Shown here piece after piece: positions 26,476 through 39,471 of a DNA stretch of 64,000 nt (positions are counted from its first letter, which is position 1; every line of letters starts with the position of its first letter). Position numbers and translations under genes: made by a program. The stretch comes from Camelus dromedarius (taxonomy: Eukaryota), in NCBI RefSeq assembly GCF_036321535.1, contig NC_087436.1, positions 52,640,001 to 52,704,000 on the forward strand, given 5' to 3'. Below the pieces are notes generated by a model that made no database searches, was not told the DNA's origin, and saw only the letters and a list, made by a program, of their open reading frames with translations.

Positions 26476-27201
26476 TACTTCTCAAAGATGTGCTTAAATC
26501 AATTGTCAAGAATAGAGTATTATCTTATTACATTTAGTGACAATTTCCATTATAGTATTTACCAAACTATCTTTTGAATTGTATAACAGCCTAAATGGGG
26601 CAAATTTTCCTTTGTAATATAAACAGTAACTATACTCAAGGCTTAATTTCATTGACATCAAAACTCACTCTAATGATGAAAATCCACACTGGGAAGCTCT
26701 CCAAGGAAGACCTGTATCCAACTCTCGGAATGTGAGTGGCAGAGACAACACAACACAGGCCTGCGACCGGCAAGGGCTGAAATCTGAGCCCTGAGTCACA
26801 GAGCTGCATGTTGAGCGTAAAGTAAGTGATACAGGAAGCCAGGTGCAGTTCCAGGGAAAGGGGCTGACAGAAACAAGACTAAGGAAAGCAGATTGCCAAT
26901 TAGGATTAGAATTTAGGCCCAGAATGGGAATGCAATGAGAATGAGAAACCCAGGCAAAGGCAAGTGAGGCCGATGACTGTGAACACTGAATAACTGGGCT
27001 GCAACGTGAGGCAAATGTCACGTGGGCATGGGTGGCAGGAGCTGCATTCAAACTGAACAGCAGAAACGTCTGTTTCAGATGATTTTCAGACTTTTGATGT
27101 CTCACTGATGAGAACGCAGCCCTTCAGGTCCTGCCAGCCCAGCTCCTCGGTGGTTTTCAAAGAGCAGGTAGGGCTCTAACTGCAGCAGCAGACTCTCAGG
27201 G

Positions 27202-28026
27202 CAGCTCCACAGCCTCTTACCTGAAACCTTTGGGCTAAATGTGTTTTGGAGTTCAGAATTTTCAGATATGACAAAGCACACAACAACTTGTATGGGTCTC
27301 CAAAAGAATTACACCGAGCGAGTAGCACCAGTCACCAAAGATTGCATGATGTATAATTCTATTATTCTAGTATTGTTGAAATGGTGAAATTATAGAGATG
27401 GAGAACATGCACATGGTTGCCAGGGGTTAGGGAGAGGGATAGCGAGGGAGGTGGCTGCAGCTCTAACAGGGTAGCACAAGAGATTCTTGTGAACTGTTTT
27501 GCCTCTGACCCTGGTGGTGGTCACACGAATCCGTATGTCACGAAATTTCAAGGAACGAAAGTGAGTATGTAAAACTGGTGAAATTCAAATAAAGTCAGTG
27601 GATTTTATCAGTGTCAGTCTCCTAGTTTTGATGTTGTACTGTATTTATGCAAAACGTTACAGCTGGGGAAAACTAAGTAAAGGGTATATTGCATCTATTA
27701 CTTCTTACAACTGCACCTGAATCTACAGGTCTCAAAATAAAAAAATAAAAAATAAATTAAAGGAAACATTAAAAAAGGCAATAAAGTGCATATTCGGAAT
27801 ATTATGTAACACTCCAAACAATGTCAAACACTTTAATATTTTTGCAGCAAAGCGTGTGACTATTCACACCAAGTGAAATGCAGATTATAAATAGCCTTCT
27901 GTCAGCTTGGGTCAGGTTTATGACCACAGGCGTTCAGGTTTAGTCAGGTATTGCTGCCAAACCAGCCATGAAAACACTTCAGTTTTTCAGAGTTTTTGGG
28001 GCTACAGATAGAGAATTATAAATCCA
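27202..28026. mobile_element. MER46C (Tigger-derived DNA transposon), split by an L1 insertion
   Basis: Left piece ctgaaacctttgggctaaatgtgttttggagttcagaatttt; right piece aatatttttgcagcaaagcgtgtgactattcacac...ggtcaggttt...ttttcagagttttt. Confidence 0.75.
27277..27775 (+). mobile_element. Old L1 (L1MC/MD-type) 3'UTR with A-rich tail
   Basis: atagagatggagaac...ggttgccaggggttaggg...aaactggtgaaatt...cttacaactgcacctgaatctaca...aaaataaaaaaataaaa. Confidence 0.85.
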
Positions 28027-29279
28027 AGTCCCACTCTGGTATGGAGAGGAAGGCATGGATGGATACCACTGACTGATCTGATTGATATCTCTTGTTTTGG
28101 GGGCAATCACAAGTTTTAATACTTTCATCACAGGTTTGAGAAAAAGCTAATTTGGTGCATTCTTTTGAGAAGTTAGCCAGCAATTCCCAGAATTGAATAT
28201 GATGGAGGGAGGCTATGATGGACAGAAAGGCCACGTTAGCATGGAATAGTAGAACATTCCTGACCCTGTCCCAGGGTTTCTCCATGGCACCACTTTGCTG
28301 ATTGATTGGGAATCAATTTTCAAGACATTAGATGTTCCTAAATTCAGAAATAGTAAAAACACATCTAATCAATATGTATAAGTTTAGAATTAACTCGTTG
28401 ACATTATCTACCACTCTGTATTGCGCATTTCTCCAGTCCTCCTCACTAGGATGGAAAAGAGAGATCTGACCATCTCTGAAATATTTTACCACATGCAGAT
28501 ACTTCACAGCTCTTCGGCATTAAAGGATGGTAAGTGTTCAAAATTTGCAGAGCATCTCATTCCAATTAAATCTGAACACAAACAATGTGGCAGGAATCTA
28601 ATGCACTCACCTTTACCCCAGTCTTCAGGTGCCACTCTGCACTGTGCTGTCCTCCACGCTGCGGTCAGAACTGTTCTATTGAAATCTAAAGGTAACTACA
28701 GAAGAGTGCTCTCTTCTGGTGTTCTTGCTAGTTACAGACTCTTGCTAGGGCGAAAGCAGAGGCCCTTGACAACCTGGCTGCTGTTGATCACAGTTGAGAG
28801 TCACGTCTCTCTGTTCTGCCCGTTCCAGGCTGTGCCCCTGCCACATTAAGGACTTCCCATTTTCTGAATAAGCCATGCTTCCTCACCATTGTCCTTCTGC
28901 ACAAGTTCCTCTCTTGATACGAACACGATTCTTCCCATTCTTTATCTAGCCAACTTTGATTGTCTTGTAAGGTGCCATTTTCTCCTGGAAGCCTCTGGAT
29001 TCTCCCCTTTCCTCTGTCCAGCCTTACCAGGACCAAGAGCCAGGTGCGTCTCTCTACAAAACATTTACCATGCCACATTGAACTGCTATGCACCTTAATG
29101 TGGGGAACTGACTATTTCTATTTCCTCAGAGATTAGCCCAGTGCCTAACACTGAGTATTCAATTAAGCAAGCAATCAACAAACAATAATTTTTGTTTGGT
29201 GAATGGATAAACAAATTCGTAAAGGTACAAATCACCAAAAAATGTCAAATAAAATATCATATAGCTTGTTTAGCTTTAA

Positions 29280-29435
29280 GACTAGCAAGTTACTTAAGCT
29301 TTCTGTAACTCAGTTTCTTCGACTGTAAAACAGGAATAGCATAGTTCTCACCTATTGGTTAGATTAAATTAGCTAGTGCGTATAAAACAGTGATAACTCA
29401 GCTGAATGTATAGGAAGCACTGAACAAATATTAAA
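29280..29435 (+). mobile_element. MIR SINE fragment
   Basis: gcaagttacttaagctttctgtaactcagtttcttcgactgtaaaacagg. Confidence 0.8.
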
Positions 29436-29892
29436 GTTATAAAGTGCAAGTGTACATTGTTGAAAACTTTAAATATACTTTCTATTCTCTAAGCCCCTGA
29501 GAGTGTGAAATATTCTTCAACTAAAACACATTAAAGAAACAGTATTATTATAACTAAAGTTTATAAATAGCAACATCAGTTTTCTTACAAATTATCAATG
29601 TTATGTCCGACTATATTGTGTTTTAGTGTCAAACATTATTTTTTCTTATTCCATAAAACTATAACCACATATATTTCTATTGGCCCTCAGGTAAGAATAA
29701 TATTCAATTAATCACTGAGAGATTGGCCCTCTGAAAATTGTATGATTGCCAATTCTTTTTAGTATTTCATGACTTGTATTTGAAGAAAATTTGTGTTATT
29801 ATTCATTCATTCACACAGCAGGTTATTTTTAATCGAAGTATAGTTGATTTACAAAGTTGTGTTAGTTTCAGGCATGCAGCAAAGTGATTCAG

Positions 29893-29956
29893 ATATATAT
29901 ATACATATATATACACACACACATATATACGTGTGTGTGTGTATATATATACACAC

Positions 29957-29988
<32 letters not shown>
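29893..29988. repeat. Compound (TA)n/(CA)n/(TG)n microsatellite within L1 3'UTR
   Basis: Alternating purine-pyrimidine tract of ~95 bp. Confidence 0.95.
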
Positions 29989-32314
29989 TCTTTTTCAGAT
30001 TCCTTTTCAGATAGGTTATTACAAGATACTGAATATAGTTCCTTGTGCTATATGGTAGGTCCTTGGTGTTTATCTACTTTATAGACTGTAGTGTGTATAT
30101 GTTAATCCCAACTCCTAATTTATCCCTCCCCACAACCTCTTTCCTCTTTGGTAATCATAGTTTGTTTTCTATGTCTGTGAGTCTATTTCTGGTTTGAAAA
30201 TAAATTCATCTGTATCAATTTTTTTATATTCCACATATAAGTGAAACTATTTGATATTTGTCTTTCTCTGTCTCACTTACTTCATTTAATATGATAATCT
30301 CTAGGTCCATCCATGTTGCTGCAAATGGCATTATCTCATTCTTTTTATGGCTGAGTAATATTTCATTGTGTATAAATATCACATCTTTACCCATTCATCT
30401 GTTGATGGATATTTAGGTTGCTTCCATGTCTTGGATATTGTAAATAGTGCTGCTATGAACATTGGGGTGCATGTATCTTTTTGAATTAGAGTTTCCTCTA
30501 GATATGCACCCAGGATGAGATTGCTGGATCATATGGTAAGTCTATTTTTAGTTTTTTAAGGAACCTCAATACTGTTTTCCATAGTGGCTGCACCAATTTA
30601 CATTCCCACCAAGAGTCTGAGGGTCCCTTTTTCTCCACACCCTCTCCAGAGTTTATTATTTGTAGATTTTTGAATGATATGGCCATTCTGACTGATGTGA
30701 GGTGATACTTCATTGTAGTTTTGATTTGCACTTCTCTAATAATTAGCAATCTTGAGCATCATTTCATCCTGTTGGCCATCTGTGGAGAAATGTCTATTTA
30801 GGTGTTCTACCCATTTTTTTAAATTGGGTTGTTTACTTTTTGATATTAAGTTGTATGAGCTGTTTGAATATTTGAGATACTAATCCCTTGTCGGTCTCAT
30901 GGTTTGCAAATATTTTCTCCCATTCTGTAAATTGTCTTTTCATTTTGTTTATGGTTTCCTTTGCTGTGCAAAAGCTTTTAAGTTTAATCAGGTCCTATTT
31001 GCTTATTTTTGACTTTATTTCCATTACTTTAGGAGACAGATCAAAAAAAATTATTGCTGCAATTTATATCAGAGTGTTCTGCCTACGTTTTCCTCTAGAA
31101 GTTTTAGAGTATCTGGTCTTACATTTGGGTCTTTAATCCATTTTGAGTTTATTTTTGTAGAGATTGCTCTAATTTCATTCTTTTACATGTAGCTGTCCAG
31201 TTTTCCCAGCACCGATTATTGAAGAGATTATCTTTTCTCTAATGAATAGTCTTACCTTCTTTGTCATAGATTAATTGACCATAATTGTGTGGGTTTATTT
31301 CAGGGCTTTCTATCCTGTTCCACTGAGGCATGTGTCTGTTTTTGTACCAGTACCATGCTGTCTTTATTAACTTTTTATAACTTTGTAGTATAGTCTGAAG
31401 TCAGGGAGTATAATTCCTTCAGTTCTGTTCTTTCTCAAAATTGTTTTGGCTATTTGGGATCTTTTGTGTTTCCAAACAAGTTTTAACATTTTTTGTTCCA
31501 GGTCTGTGAAAAATGCCATTAGTAATTTGATAGGGACTGCATTGAATCTGTATATTGCCTTGAGTAGTAGGGCCATTTTAACAATATTTATTCTTTGAAT
31601 TCAAGAACACAAAATATCTTTCCAGCTATTTGTGTCATCTTCAGTTTCTTTTATCAGTGTCTTGTAGTTTTGGGAGTATAGGTCTTTTGCCTCCTTAGGT
31701 AGGTTTATCCCTAGGTATACCTTTTTATTCTTTTTGATGAAATCTAAATGGCATTGTTTCCTTAATTTCTCTTTCTGATATTTCATTGTTAGTGTATAGA
31801 AATGCAACAGATTTCTGTATATTAACTTTGTATCCTGCAACTTTACCAAATTCATTGACAAGCTATAGTAGTTTTCTGGTAGTTTCTTTAAGATTTTCTA
31901 TGTATAGTATCATGTCATCTACAGTGACATTTTTACTTCTTCTTTTCCAATTTGGATTCTTTTTATTTCCTTTTCTTCTCTGATTGCTACAGCTAATACT
32001 TCAAAAACTATGTTGAATGAAAGTGGCAAGAGTGGTCATCCTTGTTTTGTTCCTGATCTTGGAGGGAATGCTTTCAGCTTTCCACCACTGAGTGTGATGT
32101 TAGCTGTGGGTATGTCATACATGGCCTTTATTATGTTGAGGTATATTCTCTCTATGCCCACTTTCTGGACAGCTTTTTCTCATAAATGGATGTTGAATTT
32201 TTATCAGAAGCTTCTTCTGCATCTATTGAGGTGATCATATGGTGGTTATTCTTCAATTTGTCAATGTGGTGTATCATATTGATTGATTTGCAGATACTGA
32301 AAAATCCATGCATC

Positions 32315-34114
32315 TTTCCTTCTTATAAAGATGAGTAAAAGTATGCGATTTTAAACATACAATATTATTGAGTATTCTTTGCTTTGGTAGTCTTTCCAGA
32401 AAGGATAAACAGTTTGTATGTGTGTGTGTTTATTGTTTTAGGTGGGACTGCTTTGCTTCCCTTTTCCTTACTAGCTAGAAAATAGACAAGAACTTTTGTT
32501 TGAATGTATTTTTGCAAGGATTTTGTTGTTGCAGGGCCATTTACACCTATACACACAAGCTTAAATCTTACATTATGAGACAGAAGTGCTCTTAAAATAC
32601 CTTTTTTAACTTTCACTGTGTAATATGCAAAGCAAAAGGGAAATTATTTAACCGGCAATGGCTCAAAGGGCTATCTTATTGCAGTCCAATTAAAGCATTT
32701 AATTTATTTATTAAAATAAACTTCTTTTCCTTTTTATATTCACAATTAGGCTTTGAAATAAAGGTGCTATTCCTTTAAAGTGGTGGGCTTGCCACCACTG
32801 AAGTGGCTTTATTTGATCAAAACACTTTTTAAAAAAACAAGCTTTAAAATCATGTTTATAATTCCATGGAAGTACATATATGTTTGTCCCCATAGTCTTC
32901 AGCTTTAAAACTATAAATATAATGTTAACTTAATGCCCAAATTTGTATTGTCTGCTCTAATATAGAGTAGGTTTATTTTGTCTGTTTTCTTGGTACTTGT
33001 TTTTCTCTGATAAGACTCAGGAATTTTGAAATGTGAAAATAAATCTCTCAATTCTTTCTCCTGTAGCATGAATTGACTGTATTTATTCATAGCATTTATG
33101 TGTAGAGCATGTGATAGTTCGGCATATTATTCATATGACATATTATTCATTTATCACTTTATATTTTTTAAATAGTTTAATTGCAAACCTAATAATTAGT
33201 TTTTTTACAATGGAAATTATAGCTATGAATGCAAATTTTCTGGTAGGTATCTCTTTTTTAGCTATGAAGATGCCACCTGGTCAGAGACCTCCCTTTTGCC
33301 TTTCTATTAGGGCAAAATCTTTGCCCTGATTTACTGAAGTGTAGAAGAATTATTTGGAAGTATGCTAAAGATGCATTTGGTCATTTTAATGTGTAATTAT
33401 TTTGCACTATCACAGGTAAAATTATTTTCTTTTCCTTCATAATGCATAGGTGTTCTTACCTTTTTTTTTTAACATTTTTTTATTGATTTATAATCATTTT
33501 ACAATGTTGTGTCTAATTCCAGTGTAGAGCACAATTTTTCAGTTATACATAGGTGCTCTGACCTTTGAGTAACAATAAAGTTCATTTTTATGTTGATACC
33601 AAGACCTCAGTGCAAATGATCTGATAGGCACCTGGATCCATAGCAATTTCTTGGCCTGCAAATCCTTCCTTCTTTTATTGGTAGAAAAAAATATATAGTA
33701 TTGGAATATTCTTATTTTTTTAAATCCTAATTTCTTGTTTAGTTATTTTTAAAGTGACTTTAGTTTAATTATCCCAATGAACAATAGAATTGATTTATTC
33801 TTTTCTAACTTGACAATATTTCTCTTGTGCTTCTTGTTTGTTGGTTATTTTTTGTTAAAGAAGCCATTAAGACCACTACTTTCATATACTTGTGTTATGC
33901 TTCATGGATTTTGAAGTGCATTTCTTTACTTAGCATTTTGTAACTTGATAATTTCACCAAATGAATACCTTTTGGTAGTTTGTAATGAGTTCTTTCAACT
34001 GTCGTAGTTTGCTTGGTACTTAATAAATACGGAAAGATAAAAAAGAAGTAATTTTTCTGTATTCTGCCAACATAATTTTATTTGATAAAATCATCCATTT
34101 TTACTTTAAAAAAA
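32315..34114 (+). pseudogene. 5'-truncated processed retrocopy of an mRNA 3'UTR (or orphan L1 transduction); parent gene unidentified
   Basis: Non-repeat T-rich 1.8 kb inside L1 ORF2; TSD gaaaaatccatgcatc (32299-32314) / gaaaaatcctcacatc (34115-34130); gataaa 34084-34089 then A-tail 34108-34114. Confidence 0.8.
33461..33547 (-). mobile_element. Young, extremely 5'-truncated L1 3' tail (~90 bp) with TSD
   Basis: Poly-T then attgatttataatcattttacaatgttgtgtctaattccagtgtagagcacaatttttcag (same family as 51349 onward); TSD cataggtgttcttacc (33445-33460) / cataggtgctctgacc (33548-33563). Confidence 0.92.
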
Positions 34115-34469
34115 GAAAAATCCTCACATCCGTGGGATAAATCTCACTTGATCATGATTTGTGATCCTTTTAACATATTGTTGGAGTCAGTTTGCTAGTA
34201 TTTTGTTGAGGATTTTTGCATCTATGTTCATAAGTGATATTGGCCTGTAATTTTCTTTTTTTCTGACACATCAAGTTTTTTTCAGCCAACAGCTAAGTAT
34301 CAGGCAATGTGCTAGACACTGAGAAAACACTGGTGAGCAAAACAGTCACATTCCCTGTCTTCATGGAACTTACAGAATGTAAGATTCCTTCCTGGGTGAA
34401 CAGTGAGGTCTCACCTGAATAAGCATATAATAACAGAATCTGGGAGAAATCAGAGCTGAATAACCCATA

Positions 34470-34845
34470 TATTGTTAGGAATTGCATTCAGCTGCAAATA
34501 GTAGAAATCAAGCTACACAGCTTAGACATATTAGGGTTTAATTCTTTCACATAAAATGATGTCTGAAAGTGGGCAGACCGGAGCTTGAAGGACAGCCCCA
34601 CTAGGGTCAGCAGGGACCCAGGCCCCATCTATCTTTCTGCTTTGCCATCATGACTTCTAGCCTCAAAGTCACTAGATGATTCCTGAAATTCCAGCCATCA
34701 CATCCACCTTCTAGCGAGAAGGATTGAAATTCAGGGCAAAGGGGAAAATGTGTGAAAATCCCCACCCAATGGCCAGTTACTGGCCATCTCTAATGAAAAA
34801 GAAAGGGAAACGGATGTGGGACAAATAGCTAGCAGACTCTACCGC
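34470..34845. mobile_element. MLT1J-type MaLR LTR (decayed)
   Basis: ttaggaattgcattcagctgcaa...cagggacccaggc...tttctgctttgccatc...ccagccatcacatcc. Confidence 0.65.
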
Positions 34846-35889
34846 AGCTCAGGAATTAAGGGCCAGGTTATTCTCTGGCCCTCAATAGGGGGTCATGATT
34901 CTGTCTGTACAGATTAGGTAGGAGAAAAGTCTGTCTCTCAAAAGAAAAAGCAGAAAAAAAAAAGGGGGGGGGAGAAATGATAGTGTACGGGAGGCTCCAG
35001 CCATGAAAATGTGAGGGTTTTAGTGAAGAAAGGGCTTTTGATTCCTGTCCAACAGCAAAGCAAAATTCACTGTTAGATCAGCTTCTAGGGTCAGAAGTCA
35101 AAATGGTGATGGAAAGCCATGGAACAGAGGGATAAGCTTTGAGCTGAGGGTGAATAAATCAAGATGCTTACTAAATTGTATCAGCCCTCGGTGAGTAGAG
35201 AAGGGCTAGCGAGACTGCTGACTCTGTCCCCCCACGCCCCTCAGCAGCCCTGCTAATCACAGAGCACACACTTAGTAAATATGGGTTGAATGACTTAGTT
35301 ATGGCGCACTTTCCCACTGAGGCTGGCCATCCCTCAGAATCCCTTTCACGCACGTCTCCAGGCAGCCACTACCAATGGATTGAAGATGTGATGAGAGGGG
35401 AAAAAAATCTGCCACCCTCATGCTGGAGTGAACCTGGGCCCTGTAACCTGTCTATCCCTCAGGAACTTCAGTATTTATCTCAGTTCTTCCTTATTATTTA
35501 GAAAATGCTTTTTAGGCTGAAAATATCAACAGGGCTAAGCATTTATGAAGGAAGAGAATTTTTCCCTCTTGGCACAGAATATAAAGAGGGATAGTGGTAG
35601 TTAATACCTCAGAACCAAGTATAGTCAAGCAAACAGGAGTTCTTCTGTGAGAAAATCCCAAATTTAATTAAAACTTGAACTATGAAATCGTCTGCCTTCC
35701 CCACATGCACTTTCCTTCTTGTAGAATGTGTGTGTGTGTGTGTTGTATTTTTTAAGAGAGATTGAGGTTTCTTTACAATCAGAAAATCCCATTTGCCATT
35801 TATTCTAGATAAATGATGATCTGTTGAAGATGATTCTCTGAGGAGAGAAAGAAGAAAGTCATCCAAAACATCAGAAATACTGGAGAGAG

Positions 35890-36520
35890 CATTCATTCGA
35901 TGATCATTTATTAAGTGCTTAACATATGCACAGTCCTGGTGTGGGGTTGCTGTGATAATCTAAACTGTCATGGCCTTTACCCAACAGAGAAATAAAGAAG
36001 ACAGCCATTAATTAAATTACCATATTTATGATATATAATTATAAACTGAACTAAGTACTCTGAAGGAAAGGGACACTGTTCGGTGAGATCCTAGAATGAT
36101 AACAATAATAAAACTGATTTTACTTGAATACGGCTTTCATTTGGCTGCACAGGTGTATTAGGTAAGGAGGAGAGCGTGCAAGATTCCAAATGAGGGAGTA
36201 GCATGTCAAGGGCCCTGAGGCAGAAAGCAACAGAGTAGCTCCCACAAACTGGAAAAAGGGCTGTCTGGCTGGAATGAGGACAAGAGAGCAAAGGGTTCAA
36301 ATGAGGCTGAGAAACAATCAGGGGGCAAAGCAGGGACTGGAAGGCCATGGAAAGATTTAAATTTTCACCCTACTGTCATAGGATTCCATCAAATCGTCTC
36401 AAGAAGTGATGTAATTATTTAGGTAGTGAAATGTAGAGATTGTCAGAGGAAAGGATCTAGAGTGACTCCAGGTTTCTGGTCTGGATAAGATAATGTTGCT
36501 ATTTGCTGTGATCAGAAACA
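35890..36520 (-). mobile_element. L2 3' portion
   Basis: cattcattc...tttattaagtgcttaac...caagggccctgaggcag...gtgactccaggtttctggtctggataa. Confidence 0.75.
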
Positions 36521-36524
36521 CACT

Positions 36525-36665
36525 ATTTCTAACTTCACCTGACTAGCTCTGCTGTTTTGGCCAAGTTAATAATCATCATTAAGCCTCAGTTTATTCACAT
36601 GTAAAATGGAAATAATAATAGAAGCTAGCTCATACAGTTGCTATGAGGTTTAAACAAGATAAATG
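36525..36665 (+). mobile_element. MIR fragment
   Basis: gcctcagtttattcacatgtaaaatggaaataataatag...gttgctatgagg. Confidence 0.8.
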
Positions 36666-38034
36666 TATATGTACATATATGTATAAATTTTATGCATAAA
36701 ATTAAGTGACAAAGTAAAAAAGCATATGACTTTTGGTAAGGGTAATGATGAAAAACATAAAGGTAAGACCATAGAAAAAGAAAATTGCTACATATATAGT
36801 AAAATAATCTGTCCTAAATCCCACAATCAGAAAAAAAAGGAAATTAGACAAGTAACAATTTGATGAATACTACCAATAATCACAGACATTCTGCAAAATC
36901 AGATACTAGTACCAACATTACTGTGAGAACTAAATAACTGCATATCAGGAGGAACAATGCCTGGGGCATAGCAAGGACCAGTAATGGCTGTGTTGACGGT
37001 GGTATTAATTAGTAGAGTTAGTGTTCAGAGTAACCTGTAGTGCTATGGTTAAGGCATTGCGGTCACATCTGTTTGTACACTTTTGAACATTACCTTTATG
37101 CTGGATAAATCCCAAACCTATGTGAGAGGCCCATGTGAAATAGGAGAGAGAAAAATGATGACTTCCTTGACAGTATCTGAAATCTTTGAATGAAACCAAT
37201 GTTCTAACCCAATAAGATTTAAGATCTTTTGCTATTTTTTACTGGGAATCGTCAAATTCTCTCAACTGACTGATTGGTCCACTCATTCACCTATTCAGCA
37301 AATATTTATTGACCAACCATTATGAGACTACCCCTTGTAGGCATCACCAGAAAGCAGGAATAGTATGAGCCTCAAGTTACTATTAGCTTCTCTAAGGAAA
37401 AAGAAAAAAAGATAAGTTATCCAAAAATTACCAAAATTCAAGCTACGGGGTGACATTCCCAGATTTCCTGATGGTGCCAAGGTAATTAGACGTACTATTT
37501 AGCAACTTACACTTGGAGTTTCTCCTTGGAGAACTCTAGACAGATTGGCACCCAATAAATATTCATTGAATGAATGAAGTATGGTGGCTCAGTCCTTCCA
37601 CAAACTCTACTTTGTCCACTTCTTTTTATTTACTTTGTAGATTGTATTTATATCTTGGCCTTATGAGACCCTTTTTGAGTTCTGCAAAATAAATTACATC
37701 TATTAGGAAAATAAACTTAAAATAGTATCTTTATTTTACCTTCTCCTCTCTTACTCTAACATCAATGGAACCCGTTTGAAGTTTGAGGTTATCACAACAT
37801 CTTACAGTTTACATTCTTTGATGCATCTAATTAGAGGCATTTCACACTTTCCTTGAGTTGGCAAAAAATGTAACCTAAAGAGTAAGGCAACAACCTTCCT
37901 TTAAAATAAATTTTTTAAAAAGCCCTCCAGTAAAGCCAGGTTAAACTTTAGAGAAACTGTTTATTTATTAGAATTTGAAAGAATTTGACCATGAAACAAT
38001 TCAACTGAATATCTTATTATATGTTGGGTTCAGG

Positions 38035-38285
38035 GTAGCACAGGGTAGCGCTAGTTTACTTAAGAGTGAAGGTTTAGGAATCAGACCACTACTTTCAAAC
38101 CCCAGTTCTCCCTCTTTCTTGCTGTGTGACCCTGACAACACTCAATTTTCCTTGCTTTGGCTTTATCATCTTTAAAATGGGAATAAAAATATTTATCTTA
38201 TGGGACTATTTAGAGGATTAAATGTATGTAAAGTGCTTTGCAAAATGCCTACTATACAACAAGTGAGCAATAAATATTAGTTCTA
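38035..38285 (+). mobile_element. MIR SINE, near full length
   Basis: ttaagagt...ttcaaaccccagttct...gctgtgtgacc...atctttaaaatggg...gaggattaaatg...caataaatattag. Confidence 0.85.
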
Positions 38286-38988
38286 TGGACAGAGTGCTTC
38301 TTTTCCTAAAGGTCATATTCTACTGGAGAGAAAAGTATGAAATGCACATTCATGATGCAGCGCGCGAAGGGAATGTGTGATGTGCTCTGGGAGCAAACAA
38401 CAGAGAGTGAATAATTCTACATGGTAACTAAGAAAAAATGTCTCAGAAGAGGTGGATTGGTTTCTTCTACTCAAGTTGCGTCTACACACATAATTCCATA
38501 CGAGTAATATTTATTTAATGTTTATATAAAGTATTATAATATTTAATTAATGTTTAATCATAAAAATAAGGTCATTTCAATCAAAATGGTTAACACCCTG
38601 GTTTAAGGACTGAAATCTGATGTGTCTTCTACATTTTCTCTTCCCTCTAATAGGTCTTAATCCTTCCTGCCTTTTTTCCTTCTTTTCTCTATTCGTCTCC
38701 CCTTTTCTCCTCTCTAACCTCTTTTCACCTCCGTAGGACCCTTTCCAACTTAGATTCTTCAGCATGGCTCTCAGATTTTATTCAACACATTTCCCACAAG
38801 GACAACCAAGCTGTTGCAGCAGACAGCTGTAATCGCTTGTCCGGCTTCCATGTTCCATCCCAGGAGGACAGAGAGGAGATAGAATGGGATTAAACTGGAG
38901 CACCTTCCATGGGTCAAGTTTTATGGCATTCTCTCCTAGCACTGAGACAATCAAATCTGGCTTTTCTCATCACTTGAGGATTGTAGGA

Positions 38989-39471
38989 TGTGGTAAGCTA
39001 AACACATGCCCTCCCTCTCTTCAAAGAAATCCATGTCCTAATCTTTGAATCTCTGGACCCTGTGCATATTACCTCATGTAGTTTTAAAAGGAAGAGGGGG
39101 AGGTGTCCTTGTAGATGTGATTAAGTTAGGGAACTTGAGATAAGAAGATTTTTCTGGACTATTTGAGTGGACCTTAAATATAAACACATGTACCCTTATA
39201 AGAGGGAGTCAGAGAGAGATTTTATACACATGGAGGAGGCGGAAATGTGCCCATAGAGGCAGAGACTACAGCGAGGTAGCCATAAGCCAAGGAACACCAG
39301 CAGCCACTCTGAGCCTCCAAAGGGAGCACAGCCCTGCTGACACCCTGGGTTTAGCCCAGTGAAACTGACTGTGCACTTCCAGAATTCAGAACTGCGAGAG
39401 CATAAATTGCTGTTGTTTTAAGCCTTCAGGTTTATAGTAATTTGTTATGGCGACCATGGGAAATTGATATA
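38989..39471 (+). mobile_element. MLT1C/D-type MaLR solo LTR with 5-bp TSD
   Basis: Starts tgtggt, ends aaattgatata; flanks tagga (38984-38988) / taggg (39472-39476); gatgtgattaagtta, agccaaggaa, cagaactgcgagagcataaattgctgttgttttaagcc. Confidence 0.92.

Larger units (their letters stand above)
29829..34265 (-). mobile_element. 5'-truncated L1 (ORF2 RT-to-C-terminus plus 3'UTR), split at 32315-34114 by a later insertion
   Basis: Minus ORFs 30498-30749 (WWECKLVQPLWK), 31367-31576 ([13 protein letters not shown]), 31601-31861 (YLGINLPKEAKDLY); L1 resumes at 34115; degenerate TSD acacagcaggttattt (29813-29828) / acacatcaagtttttt (34266-34281). Confidence 0.95.

Noticed and set aside
36686..36703. 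Perfect 18-bp palindrome aattttatgcataaaatt
   Set aside because: AT-rich; roughly one such palindrome is expected by chance in a window of this size and composition.
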